Under the pieces are notes generated by a model. The model was not told the DNA's origin. It worked only from the letters and a program-made list of their open reading frames with translations, and ran no database searches. This document shows positions 23,213-35,900 of a stretch of DNA of 64,000 nucleotides, one piece after another. Position numbers and translations under genes: made by a program. The stretch is from Oikopleura dioica. Taxonomy: Eukaryota; Animalia; Chordata. Where the stretch lies: positions 2,418,001-2,482,000 of the forward strand of contig OU015567.1 in NCBI GenBank assembly GCA_907165135.1. The letters run 5' to 3'. Within the stretch, counting starts at the first letter, position 1, and each line of letters begins with the position of its first letter.

Positions 23213-24428
23213 TCAGCGCCCATTATTAACTGTCACTGCCGATGCCCACCAGGCAGATGTCCACCAAGGTTGCGTGGTAGTCGTAAAGACAGTAGTTGTT
23301 GTAGCTTCAGTTGATCCTTGGGTCGAAGTTTCAGGCGAAGTTGTTTCCTCAACATGACCATGGAGAAAGTCTTGTCTGCATGGAGCACGGGTGATTTCAA
23401 GATTGTATCGGTAAATCATCCTTTTTCGACGAGCAATTTTTCGGCTGTCTTTTCGACTGTTCCAGTTTTTGTCGCCATAATTCGTTTCAAATCGCTCGAT
23501 AATCGCGTCTAAAAACCAAATATTTTTCATAAAAAAAACAAGAAAAAAACCTTGGCAGCCAAAATTCTGAAGCCAGAGTTCAGTCCCTTCAACCAAATTG
23601 CTCGCAACGGTGCAAGGATGAGCATCAAGATTGGAAAACCATGTGTTCATGGCCGTAGAAGGATCGATTAACCATGGCTTTGCGCAAGTATCAGGCCTGT
23701 CGAAGCGATCCATTCGTTTCTTGATTGCGGCAACTCGTTGTCGCATTTTCTTATCTTTTCTATTTTGAGGAAACGAATTATCACGGGATTTTATTTATGG
23801 AAAACAAAAAATAAAACGAGTTTCACACAAATCGATGATTGAAATTTATTTTTGGGACGCGTTTCGGCCTCAAGGGGCCTTCGTCAGCCCTAAGTACAGA
23901 TTTAAATGAACGTTCAAAAACAGGAAAAAACAGTCTCTCACCTAGAGTGGACAATTTCGAATGAAGGCAAAGATTGAAAACATAAAAACATAATTCGCTT
24001 TCGCGGGCAGATGTAATGGAGCGCCAGAAGAAAGCGAATTACAAATGCTCCATTACAGAAATTTAAATTTTCCTGTTTTTGAACGTTCATTTAAATCTGT
24101 ACTTAGGGCTGACGAAGGCCCCTTGAGGCCGAAACGCGTCCCAAAAATAATTTCAATCATCGATTCATGAGAGGTCAACTTTGGCAATCTTTTACACAAA
24201 TTTATAATCTTGATGCATTTAGAAAATATTTTTTAACAAAAAAAAAATCAGCATTTTCGCACTTGAAAATAAGTATCCCCTTCTTGTAACCCCATTTTTC
24301 TCTCCGAATCGGTGATACTCCCAGAGAAGCAAAAAATCATCAAGATCGGATACAATCAGATCTTTATAATACCCTCTCTCTTGAGCAGACGCTACCGCGG
24401 AAAAAGACAGAAGCTTGAAAAATCGCAT
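23213..24428 (-). CDS. Secreted protein with Thr-rich tail (oikosin-like, inferred)
   Basis: Signal-like MRFFKLLSFSAVASA, then a Cys-containing domain (TCAKPW..HPC..LWLQNFGC..RAPC) and a TTSPETSTQGSTEATTTTVFTTTT tail. Intron 1 holds the hammerhead mini-element. Confidence 0.7.
23854..23890 (-). ncRNA. Minimal type-I hammerhead ribozyme motif
   Basis: The minus strand reads gggCTGACGA-A-GGCC-ccttga-GGCC-GAAAC-GC-GTC-cc: catalytic core, stem II, palindromic ACGCGT stem III and a GUC triplet. Confidence 0.75.
24106..24142 (+). ncRNA. Minimal type-I hammerhead ribozyme motif (inverted copy)
   Basis: gggCTGACGAAGGCCCCTTGAGGCCGAAACGCGTCcc, identical to the minus-strand copy. Confidence 0.75.
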
Positions 24429-24811
24429 GATTTTTTCTCAAAGAAATTATCTTCTATGATGCAAAATGGAATGAGACGGTCGCTTAAGTATCCTTGCACT
24501 CTATGTTTAGACCAAGTAGGTAATTATAATTCGAAGGATTGTTATTCAAATAAACGATCTCAAGAAACTGTTTTCCCTCGAAATAGTATGGTTCTTGGTC
24601 ATTAACCTCTGATAAGCTCCATTCGCTCCAATTTTACATTTAATAGAAAAAGAAGAAAATTCTTTGAAAAGTCGGCGAGCTCGGTAAAGATGATCTCATA
24701 ATTTGACCAGAAAGAATTCTTCAAAACATGTTTTTCATGTCAATTTTTGTGACACCTTTGAGCATTTCTGACAGCGCATTTTTAATCCAATTTTTAAGAC
24801 ATTTATAAGTT

Positions 24812-27800
24812 TCAAAGGTTCATTGAAAATGGAGATCTTCGAGGCTTTGGCTCAATTGTTATTTCTTCATCCCTTCGAGTCAGGACGATTCTCTCGTCGA
24901 TTTGTCTTTCGCCTTCAAAAATACATGAAGCTAAAATGGCCCTTAAAAGACCCTGAAATAGAGAAAATGAGATTACCGATATTTTGCGGGGCGAAAATGA
25001 GCTTTGGAATTCTATACTCTTCTTCGTCTTCTGCCAAAAGCCGATCGCGGAAATTTTTTCGCGCTTCCTCCATCATTTCCGCCTGTTTCTTCCATTTCAG
25101 CTGATTTGCCCGAATCCGCCGCTGCTCAGAAATAAGCAGCAATTCGTCCGTCACGTGGCTGGGTCGTCTGATAAGATTTTGACGGAAACGATCAGAAGGT
25201 AAAAAATGAACAAACAGAAACGAAGGTATTACTTGTCGGTCCCGACTCCGAAGATTTTCTCTGGAGAGTCGCCATCTCCTCGTTTGCTGTTGAATCCTCC
25301 TTTGATGAAGAATTCGATGATGCGTTGACCGAATGTCAGAATCTATTTCCTTTTTTTAGTATCTTGGTCTCATAACTTATGAGTCATAAGACTTTATTTT
25401 GTTATTGATTGTTATTAATAATTTGCTTTAATTTTAAGCTGCGCATTATTTTGCATTTGAAATCATTGTCAAAATCAAAATTGTTAATCAAAAATTTACA
25501 AGTTTTATTTTTATAAAGAAAATTATGGTTTCTGAAATTTACTGATAAATGATTCACGATCAACCTTACCGATAACATATTGATTCCAAGAACCAGTCCA
25601 GCAGAACCACCAACGTCCGAGATAAATTGAGGAGTGGTATAAGTTGCTAATTGAAATTGAATGAAGTAAGCTTTATATTGTTTGAATAACTCTTCGTAAG
25701 AGTACCTTGTTCTTCTTCGAGAACATTCGTTTCCTCCGCCAAATTGATGACAATGGAATTCATGCTCATGTCTGGGTCGTTTCGTTTTATTGCTTGGGAA
25801 ATCTGAACGCGAATCATGTTTGAGGGGAAAACCCGCGCGCGAATTGAATCACCTTAGTATTTAGCTGAGCGTACTGAATGGACTCTTGAGAAAAGGAGAA
25901 ACTGTCACATGCCGGGAGACAGTCAGTAATCCACTCACGATTGTTGATCATTCTTGAGGCGCAAGTTGCATGGCGGAAGAAGGTGCATTTTTTCGTGCTA
26001 GAAATTTGATAAAGAAATGATGGGAAAAACTAATTGACCAGTTGAGCGGCTTCATTTCACGGGCGATAGCGATGTAGTTCGGAAAGCATCCACAAACGCT
26101 GCAGATGTCCTTCAGAAGATGTTCCATTTCGCATTCGTTCTTTTAAACCTGTCATTACAAGTTTGAGACGAAAAAGGGGGGCTCTCAGTGATAGGCGGAT
26201 TAACGATGTTAACTCAGTAAATAGTTGTTTGATGACGATTCCCTGGGAGTAAAACTCATGATGTTCTCGATGCTCAAAATGATGTTCCATGTCGCTGAAA
26301 TTGTTAGTCGCCAAACTTGGCTTGCACTCCGTGAATGGTTTATCTAGAATTTTTCCAAATAAATTAATAAAAAAAGGCTTACTTAAAAACTTTCTCTGGA
26401 CATTTTGAAAAGTGACAATTGGCGTAACACTTTCCGAAACAAGTATTTCATGGAGTTGATCTTCAACGTTATCTGCAAAGTGCATGTAATAGATTCCGTA
26501 GCCAGTAACGTAGCCATTCCAGCCGTAAGTGATGTCGCTTTCGTTTTGGACGACGGAGAGGCTGAGGGAGACCTTTCGCATGTTCGACGAGGCGATGAGT
26601 GGATTTGGATCTTGGAGGATGATAGGAAATATAACATTAATTTCAGATAAAGGAAAGGGCAAAGGGTTTTGAGAAAAGGGACAAGCTGAAAATATTCCAA
26701 AAGAGGGAACTCAAGATGGCCAAAACACTAGTTTCCCTTTTATACCGGTAGTTTTCCCGTCACGTGTCTTCTCTTCAGAAAATAACTAATCATCCTTTCC
26801 GAAAGCTAGACAATGTCCAATCAGCGACTTTTCGAATCGCCAAAAGTGCTTGCAATCGTAGCTGTTTAACTTACAAGTCCTCAATCTAATTAAGCTCATG
26901 TAATGAAAATTGAAGCTTTTCTTACATGTATTCAGGCCTTGTATTCGCCATGAATTCATCGAGGTCAATTTTGTTCAATGTCGTCCAGGGTTCTTGAAGG
27001 TTTTCCTCGATTTCGAGGATTTTACGAGGATCTTGGAGATATGCCATTGCATATTCTTCTGCCGACATATTCTCGATTTTATCTAAAAGCGGACTTACAG
27101 AAGAATGGATGACTAAACTAACGGAAGATGCCATAAAGCTGGATGAGTATTTTAAAGTCGATATTTGGATATCTCGCTTCCAGAGACCGCCTTGCAGTGA
27201 CTCCTCGAACCGGGTTTACATATATTTGAATTATCCAGTGTATGAGTCATTCCTAGAATGCATGGATTGTGAGCAAAGTTTGATTTTCGGAAAAGAAATC
27301 GATGTTGTTCCAGGAGACCGACGAATCATCGAGGGGAAGCTTTTGTAGTCTTTGTTGATATCACAAAAGAAATTAAAATTTTATTTTATTATGCAAGTTA
27401 GAATGACCTTTTATTTGATGATTTTCGCAAAAATTAGTGTGTTCAGATCCGCATAGAAGATAATTATTTATCATACATTTGAACAGAGATTCACGCGCTC
27501 AAATTCCAGCGATTATTAACGATCGTAAATAATGTTAATCTCTTTATTGTTTTCCCTTGCTTGAATCTAATCAGGGGATTTTCCTTATAGAAATTTCCCC
27601 AAAAAAAGGAAAATCAAAGACCTATATAAACGATGATAGGTTGCATAAATTCACAGAAAATATCGTGTTTAGAGAAAAAAATACTCGAGAATATTTTTGT
27701 AAAAAAGATAAACGCAAGACTCGATTCGATAAAGAAGAATATCTTATTGAGAAATTTACTTTAGTATTTTTAACAAATTACACGCAAAACTCATGCATCA

Positions 27801-28000
27801 CGATGATGGAAATCCCGATGAAAACTCCCAAGACTTCTACCGAGATATAAATGAGTACGTCGATGATCATGAGATTTATGATAACTCTGATAGATGTAGC
27901 TAAAGAACACGAAAATTAGAAGACCGCCGGTCTGGCAGTTTTTTTCTCTGCGTTTTTCTGCCTCTTCAATCATTCGTCCTGTAGATTCTTTGCTGTTCAT
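24812..28000 (-). CDS. DEG/ENaC (ASIC-like) ion channel, multi-exon
   Basis: SISFPKIKLCSQ (post-TM1 motif), CKLNSYDC..F....IGHCLAF, YSQNEC...C..CGCFP, DCLPAC and TM2 YTTPQFISDVGGSAGLVLGINMLSILTF are all present. The 5' exons and start are uncertain. Confidence 0.85.
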
Positions 28001-29944
28001 TCTTTATTATTTATTATTATTTATTTATCTATTTATTTCAAGAGTTTGTTGAATTCAACGAACTCATTTTGGACCAGTTAAACTTAATAAAACTGTAAAA
28101 AAACATTATTGAGGCTTTCTTCGATCAGGGGAAAACAAAGCAATAACATTTTTCGTTATGAAGAGACAATTGACTCGTAAATAATCAAAAAAAAAGCTTT
28201 TGTTATAAAAAGAAATAAAATGAGCTGAACGCGAGAAGAGTTACTTTTTCTTGACATTTTCAAAGGAGAAAACCTCGAAAACTCGGTTTTTAGGTTAAGG
28301 CTCTAGGCGCCGATAAGCATAAGGGTAAGGTTTTAACTTTTACCTAAAATGAAACAAGATAAAGGAATCTACATTTATTGTTTACATTCGTCATTAATTA
28401 TTCGTCGATTTTAGAGCTCATCCTTATAATAAAATTGACTTTCTAATCGCCCAACTTCGATTGACCGTGGTTAGACTTTGAGAGAATTTCCTCGAACACG
28501 AATCGAGAACTAGAATTAGACCTTATTTATCACGTGATCGTATTATAAGAATCACAAAAGGGTCAAAGAAACCAGTGCAAAAAAGCCATTTTGAGGTTGA
28601 CCCCATAAAAACAGATTTTTTGAGAGGAGAAAAATTTTTTTATCGAAAATCCGCACAATTTTGCCATTTTCGCTGAAAAAATATTCCGGAATTGGGCGTA
28701 AGAACTGTTTCTGAATGACGCTTCTGACAAAAATGAGTGTCATGATTCATGAGAAATGCGGAACTTTTTATTTTAAAAATGAATACTGTCTTTTTTATAT
28801 TTGCGTATCTTCTGACTAGATAAAACTCTTCTTTTTCTTAGAAAATAGTAATGTGATGACTAGAGTTCTTAGTGAGTGTTCAACAGTATGATGAAGTAGA
28901 ATCACATTGAACATTGGAATCATTCATTGACAATCATTAAGTTCCTTGGCAAAATAAATAGTTTTCCTTTTTCCCTTAAATTTCTTTTATCCTATAAATT
29001 TGAAATTCCAATAACAAACATAAACGTCAAACAAAAGGAAAACCATTGGGATTCCTTGTTTGCGAATCATAAAAATGCGTCATTGAGTCTATCTTTCAGT
29101 GACTCCGAGCTCAACTGAGCGCCTTAGCTACGCATTTATGTTTGTCTTTTTTCGCGGCCCATCAAGATGATGAACAAAGAGATCCTTTTCCCTTCGAAAG
29201 CTTTAAATACTCCTCGCGAGAATGTTCCTCATCAGAACTCAAAAAAAAAATCGAGAAAAAAGACTAAGATATGGACGGCGAAGATAACGGTACTTTTTAT
29301 GAAGATCTTACCTCAACGGCTTATGGAAACGACGTCTTTGACTCCGATAAATGTGCATAAAAATATGAAAAATGAAAAATACGAATATCCTGGCTGGAGA
29401 TAATGAGAAGAACGTAAAATGAAAACATGAAGAAGTGGACACATTTAATGATGCAGAATCGGCTGAGTACTAATAAATTTAACTTGACTATAAATCTGCC
29501 ACTGCTATTTTTGACTGATTATTTTCCTTAGTGCGAATAAAAATTGTGATATTTTAACTTCCTGAAAGACTTCCAATAATTGCAAAAATCGTGTAGCATA
29601 TTCCTAGCAGGTAGAAAAAGTACCAAAAAATACGGATCGAGCTGTATCTCTGAAAGTCCATCTTCAAGTCCGGCAAAATGACTTTCCCGAAGCGAGAAGA
29701 GCCAATTATGCCGATAGAAAGTAACAAGTTTTGACATTTTAAGTGCAGGATTTGCCGAGTCTAATTGACAGGAAAAACTGGATTAGAAGGACTTATTGAT
29801 TTCGATTGGTAAATTTCTCGTGTTGAAGCAGAAACCTCAATATCTGCGTATAATGTTCATATAAAATCAAAGAGATAAGAATCGGCCAGAACAATTTATT
29901 AATATTTAAAAGAAAAGAGTTCTTTGCTTCGAACAGAAATAAAA

Positions 29945-32900
29945 TTATTGTCCGTTGAGTCGAGCTTGTCGCTTGGCCTGCTTGGCAGCCCATTCGCCCT
30001 TGGACATCTTCTTCTTCTTCTGCCACTTCTTCTTCTTCTGTGGCTTGGCCGATGGTCCCTTGTTGGCGGGCTTGGCGGGCTTGACTGGAGCAGAAACTGG
30101 CTTTCGGTGAGATCGAAGAGATGGGTGGAACTTAGCCTTGTCGTCGAGCATGTGGTTCAAGCAGTTGGAAAGACCCTCGACTAAAACACTTGGTAGAGAT
30201 AAAATAGAGTACAAAAAATACCAGTAGTAGTCTGAAGATCATTGTAAGCGTCTCGCCAGGTCTTGGGGACCATAGCGATTCGGAAAACAAGGAGATCATC
30301 GATATCAGCGGCTTCCTTGGTGTGTCGGATATCAAGAACAACCTAAAATTGAGGTTATTCGAAGTTCTAGAAATATTTCTTACCTCAATGTTGCTAGTAG
30401 TTATATCTCGAGCAGTACCATCTCGGAGGACAAGTGGGTTGTAGTGAGTCTCCCAGACTTGGACGGCACCATCACCGAACTCAGAAGTGAATCCTGGGTC
30501 GACGTAGTCTCCGTATGGGTAGACGGAGAGAATGTTGTTATCCTTATTTTTTCTTATTTTTGAAGCGATATATATAATTTACCTCAAGAGTGGAAGGCCA
30601 GACAACGACCAAGTAGTGACCCTGGCTCCAGTCCCAGTCAGCAGACTCGAAGTTGGCAAGAGCAGTGGTCTCGATTCGGCCAAGAACCTCAGCCATCTCG
30701 AAGTCCCAGAGATCGGCCTGGAGAGTGTTGTGGAGAGGATCGTTGATGAAGCTGTTTCGGAGGAATTGGAGTTCACCGGTGTAAGTCTTGAACATGCTGA
30801 AAGAGATAATTGAGAATCGAAAGAATACATAAGAATGAATAAGTACCTGACTGGGCATGTTGTATCCGTAATGCACATCTCTTCTTCGGTGAGTTCTCCG
30901 AGGAAGTCAGGTGATTCCCAGTAACAGTCGGATTTACCGTCACAGATGCACTGAAAGTCAAACTAATTTTCGTTTTGAAATAAATTCTTACGTGGATAGC
31001 TCCATCAGTTCCTCCAGCGTTGGTGGCTGGGATGGCATCTGGGTCAGCACATCCAACTTGGTAGGATTTAACCTTCTCTGGCTCACCAGCGAAGGGACCG
31101 AGAGTGGCAAGGTTGGTGAGGAATCCGTCAGCGTTGAGGCAAATGTTGAAGTCAACACAGGAAGTAGAAGTAGCGACGCATGGATCGACATCCTTGACAC
31201 AGACAATTGGCTCCTGATCGACCTGGCAGGCGTAGGCATGAGTGGCGGTAGCGCAATCAACAGATCGCCAGAATCCATCAGTATCGACAATCTGGCATTC
31301 GAAGCCAGCGGCGTCATTTGGATGACCTGGTCCCCATCGAGAGTAGTCAACATTGGCGGGGTTGACAAAGTAGCCGGTAAGACCGAGGTTATCAAGCCAT
31401 TGCATGTAGTCGCCATTAGGAACTTCGACGATTCGACCAGTCAGGAGCTGACAGTGAGCTTCGGCATTAGCATAGGTATCTGGAGCAAACATCTTGATGC
31501 AAGTCTGTTCGTCGTTCTCGCAAGCCCAGGAAGTGTCAATTGGTGGACCAGCAGACCAGTCTCGAGTGTAGCCGTAATCGCAAACGCACTCACAGGCGTA
31601 GGTGCTTGGGTTGTACTTGATATGAGAGTTGGGGGACACGAGAGCCTCTGGCTTGGGGCATGGGTTGGTGTATTCGATTGGGCAGCAGAATCGGACCTCG
31701 AAGTCGGCGCAGACCTCATCCTTTGGCTGTTCATCATTGATGCACCAGAAACCTTGGTCGTTATCAAGATGAGTGACAGCAGTGGAGCCGGTGGAGCCAG
31801 TGACGACAGCGGCCTCAACAGCGAGTGGGTCCTTGCAGACAATGTAAGCTGGGAAACCATCCTTGTTCTCCCAGTCACCAGATTCAATTGGATCATCTCG
31901 ATCAAGCCAGACAGTCCATCCATAACCTTCAGCGTCGCAAGCGACCTCCTTCATCTTAGGGCAGCAGTATCGGACCTCGAAATCAGCGCATTGAGCACCA
32001 TTTGGCTGCTCAGAGTTATCGCACCAGAAACCGTAGGCAAGGTCGACGTGAGTGAAAGCGGTAGAACCAGCAGTTCGTGCTTGAGACTGGATGGCAATTG
32101 GATCTTCGCAGACGGATCCTTGTGGGTAAGAGAATCGTGTTTCGTAGTCTCCTTCTCCGATTGGATCATCTCGATCAAGCCATTCAGTCCACTCGTAACC
32201 CTCTTCGTCACACTCAAAGTCGTCATAAGTTGGACAGCACCATCGGACCTCGAAGTCGGCACAGTCGGCAGCGTTCTCCTCATTGAGGCACCAGAAACCA
32301 ATTTCGACATCGATGTGAGTGTTGGCAGTGGCACCAGCACTGGCTGGGTAGGCCTGGATGGCAGTTGGGTTGCTACAAACCTTGAGTTCGGACTGAGACT
32401 GAATAGTTTCCCAATCACCAGTTCCGGTAAGTGGAGAATCTTCGTTCATCCACGGAGTCCATTCGAAGCCCTTGAGCATGCAGTGATCATCGCCGTTGGA
32501 AGAGTGTCCCCATTTAGGGCAGCACCATTGGACCTCAAAGTCAGAGCAAGTATCGAACTCGTCGTTCATGCAAACAAATCCTTCAGAGACAGAAACTCGT
32601 TTCATCTCGTCGGGGGAGTCAGTACCGTTGATGCCCTGAGCAATAATGCCAGTTGGAGCGTCGCAGACTTGGTATCCGGTGAAGCCGTTAAGGGTCTCGA
32701 AGTCACCCTGTCCATCTGGATCATCAGAATCGAGCCATGATCCCCAAGTGTGACCGTATTCAGTGCACTCGCCCTGGTCAAGCTCTGGGCAGCAGAAAGA
32801 GACCTGGTAGTCGTTGCAAGCTTCTGGCATATTTTCCTCATTGATGCACCAGAATCCAACATCATTGTCCATGTGGATAATGCTGTTAAGTGGGCTTCCA

Positions 32901-35900
32901 TCAAGAGTTCGGACCTGGAGAGCAGCTGGCTTGGCGCACATATCGTCGCTTCGCATTTCCCAGTCACCAGATTCAAGAGGATCGTCATTGTTGTACCAGT
33001 CGGTCCAGTTGTAGCCAGTTGGGCAATCGCCAGTGGCAAAGACTGGGCAGCAGACCTGGATAGAGAAGTCCTCGCAAGCGCCACCGTCCTGCTCGCTGTT
33101 GACGCACCAGAAACCGATGTCAAGATCGGCATGGACTGGCCAGGCACCAAGACCAGTATCGAGAGCCTGAGCTCGGAGACCAGTTGGATTAGCGCAGATC
33201 TGATGGGCATCGAAGCTAGAGAGGAGCTCAAAGTCACCCTCAGCATCAGCAGTGTCAAGAGAGAACCAGCTGGACCAGGCGTGACCGTACTGAGTGCAGG
33301 AACCCCATTCCATAGTGAAGTTGCCATTGATTGCTGGGTAAGGAGAGACATTGGCAAGACACTCGCCATCCTCGTACTTGGTGAAATCTTCGCTGTCTGG
33401 GTCGACGGAGAAATCATCATCACCACATTTGCAGACTGGGCCGTCTTTGGTTTCGAGGCACCACTCGTTCTCAGAGCACCATTCTTCTTCGGCAGTCTCA
33501 CAAGTCATGGTCTCGTCGGTTGGGCAGCAGAAAGAGATTTCGAAGTCAGCGCATGGCATACCACTTGGCTGTTCCTCGTTCAAGCAGTAGAATCCTTCAA
33601 GAGAAAGATGAGTGACAGCATCGGAAGTACCGTAGTAGCCGGCCTGTGTATCTCGGACCTTTGCTCCCATTGGGTTAAGGCAAGCCTGGTTTGGCTCAAG
33701 GTTGTGGAGCATTTCCCAGTCACCAGTTCCAGAAGCATCATCAACGTTGTAGAAGGGAGTCCATTCCCATCCCTTGACGTTACAAGTACCGACCTGCATC
33801 TTGGGGCAGCAATATCGGACTTCGAAATCAGCACATTGTCCAGTGCTCTGCTCATCGTTGAGACAGTAGAAACCAATGGTAGTGTCGATATGAGTGTACT
33901 CAACAGAGCCATCATCAGTAGCTTGTGCCTGAGCAGCGATTGGGTTGGCGCAAGCTTCGTTGCCGGAGTACTTGGAGAGTGTTTCATAATCACCAGCTCC
34001 AGATGGAGTGTCATCGTTAAGCCAGTCGGACCATTCATAGCCATCTTGATCGCAGGATCCGTAGACAAGACTCTGTTTTTGGGTTCACGGACTGGATTTA
34101 TGAGCGTATTTAGAATGAATGGATCAGAAAACCCCATTTTATAGCGACAATATAGCGATAGCCACCAATATAGCGTAAAGCAAAATTACGATCTAAAACC
34201 AGTTACAAAGCGGCAATAAAAAATCTAACGCTGTTTTTTGTAACTTAGCAGAAGCAGATCTAGTGAGCCCATGAAAATGATTTGAAAAAGTTAAAATCAG
34301 GTCAAAAGGTATCATATCTTTAAATTATTTTTTCATGATAGAAATATCTATTGACCCTGCCCTCTCCGTTAACCCCAAACTGTTCACAGCAGAATCTTAT
34401 CTCCATATCGACACATTTGTATTTGCCACCAGCTGCGGTGTCGAGCTGCTCGTCGTTGTAACATCGGTATCCATCGAGGTCAAGATGCTGGATGAGGTTC
34501 AAGGAGTAGTCCCACATGGTGTTCTGGAAAGAAGTTGATCCAGTTGGTCGGACTCGGACTTCAGCGCCAGTTGGTGACTTGCAAGCTCCACCATCACCGT
34601 AGATCTGGTTGAGTTCGAGTTCCTGCTTGTTGGAAACCCAGAGACGCTCGTTCTTCTTGTTCCATTCGTCGTTGTACCAGCCAGTCCAGGAAGCCTGTGG
34701 GCCTTCACAAGTTCCAACTCGGAATCGTGGGCAGCAGAATCGGACTTCATAGTCAGCACAGCCATCATCAGTGTTTTCGTCATTCACGCACCAGAAGCCA
34801 GACTCCAAGTTGAGATGAATGGCATCGGTCTCGTTAGATTTAGTTCGGGCCTGGACACCAGTTGGGTTTCCGCAGACATCCAATCGGTTGAACTTGGCAA
34901 GTGTTTCGTAATCACCCTCACCAGCTGGATCGTCAGCGTTGAGCCAGTTTGACCAGCTCATAGTTCGGTCAGTGCACTCACCTTCATTGACAACGTACCA
35001 ACCATCAGCATCAGCTTCAGTGCTGACAGCTGGGCAGCAGAATCGAGCCTCGAAATCGGCGCAATCAGTTGGGTTCTCCTCGTTGATGCACCAGAAACCT
35101 TCTTCGGCGTCGATGTGAGTGATTTCAGTAGAGCCAGTAGTTCCAGCAACTGGTCGAGCTTCAACACCGACAGGCTTGGCGCAGACATCAGCTTCTCCCC
35201 AGTAGGTTGGTGTTTCGAAATCACCGAAATCGAATGGAATATCTTGGTTAAGGAATTCAGTCCAGGCATAACCATCTTCAGTGCAGTCGCTTCCAGCGGA
35301 GTATTTCTCGCAGCAGAATCGGACCTCGTAGTCAATGCATTGACCACCAGCTTGCTCGTTGTTGATGCACCAGAATCCGAGTTCTCGGGAAATATGTGCG
35401 ACCATTGGGGTGGTATCGGAAGCGTCGACTCGCTGAGCTTCCACAGCCTTGGGGTTGATACAAGCCTGGGTCATATCAGCCATTCGGAGAGTTTCCCAAT
35501 CACCGTCATTTTGTGGGTCATCCATGTTAAGCCAATCTCCCCATTCGTATCCGTCAGTGCAGAGACCGTCGTAGAGAACAGAGTCGGTAGTGGTGTTGAG
35601 GCAGGATCCATCTTCGTATTTGGTGTAGCCAGGAATGCACATGCACTCTGGGCCCCAGCCAGTCATAACACAGAAAGCATTCTCGACACATTCGACGTCA
35701 TTGCAAGATGGGACAACTGGGATACACTCAACATTGAGCTCGGTACCGTAGACACGGTTGGTCCAGTTCTTTGGAGCGAATTGTGGGCATCGCTCACCAA
35801 TTCCGTCAGAGTAGTAGGAGTATGTGAAAGTGTTGGCGCCCAAGAGCCATCCAACATCTTCCCAGTAGTAGATGATACCCTCGCCGAAGACGTCATTGCC

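Larger units (their letters stand above)
23830..24165. mobile_element. Non-coding Penelope-type pLTR mini-element with ~98-bp inverted arms
   Basis: The arm at 23830-~23928 is the reverse complement of ~24068-24165 apart from a 1-nt indel. Each arm carries a CTGACGA-stem-GAAAC hammerhead core. Confidence 0.75.
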
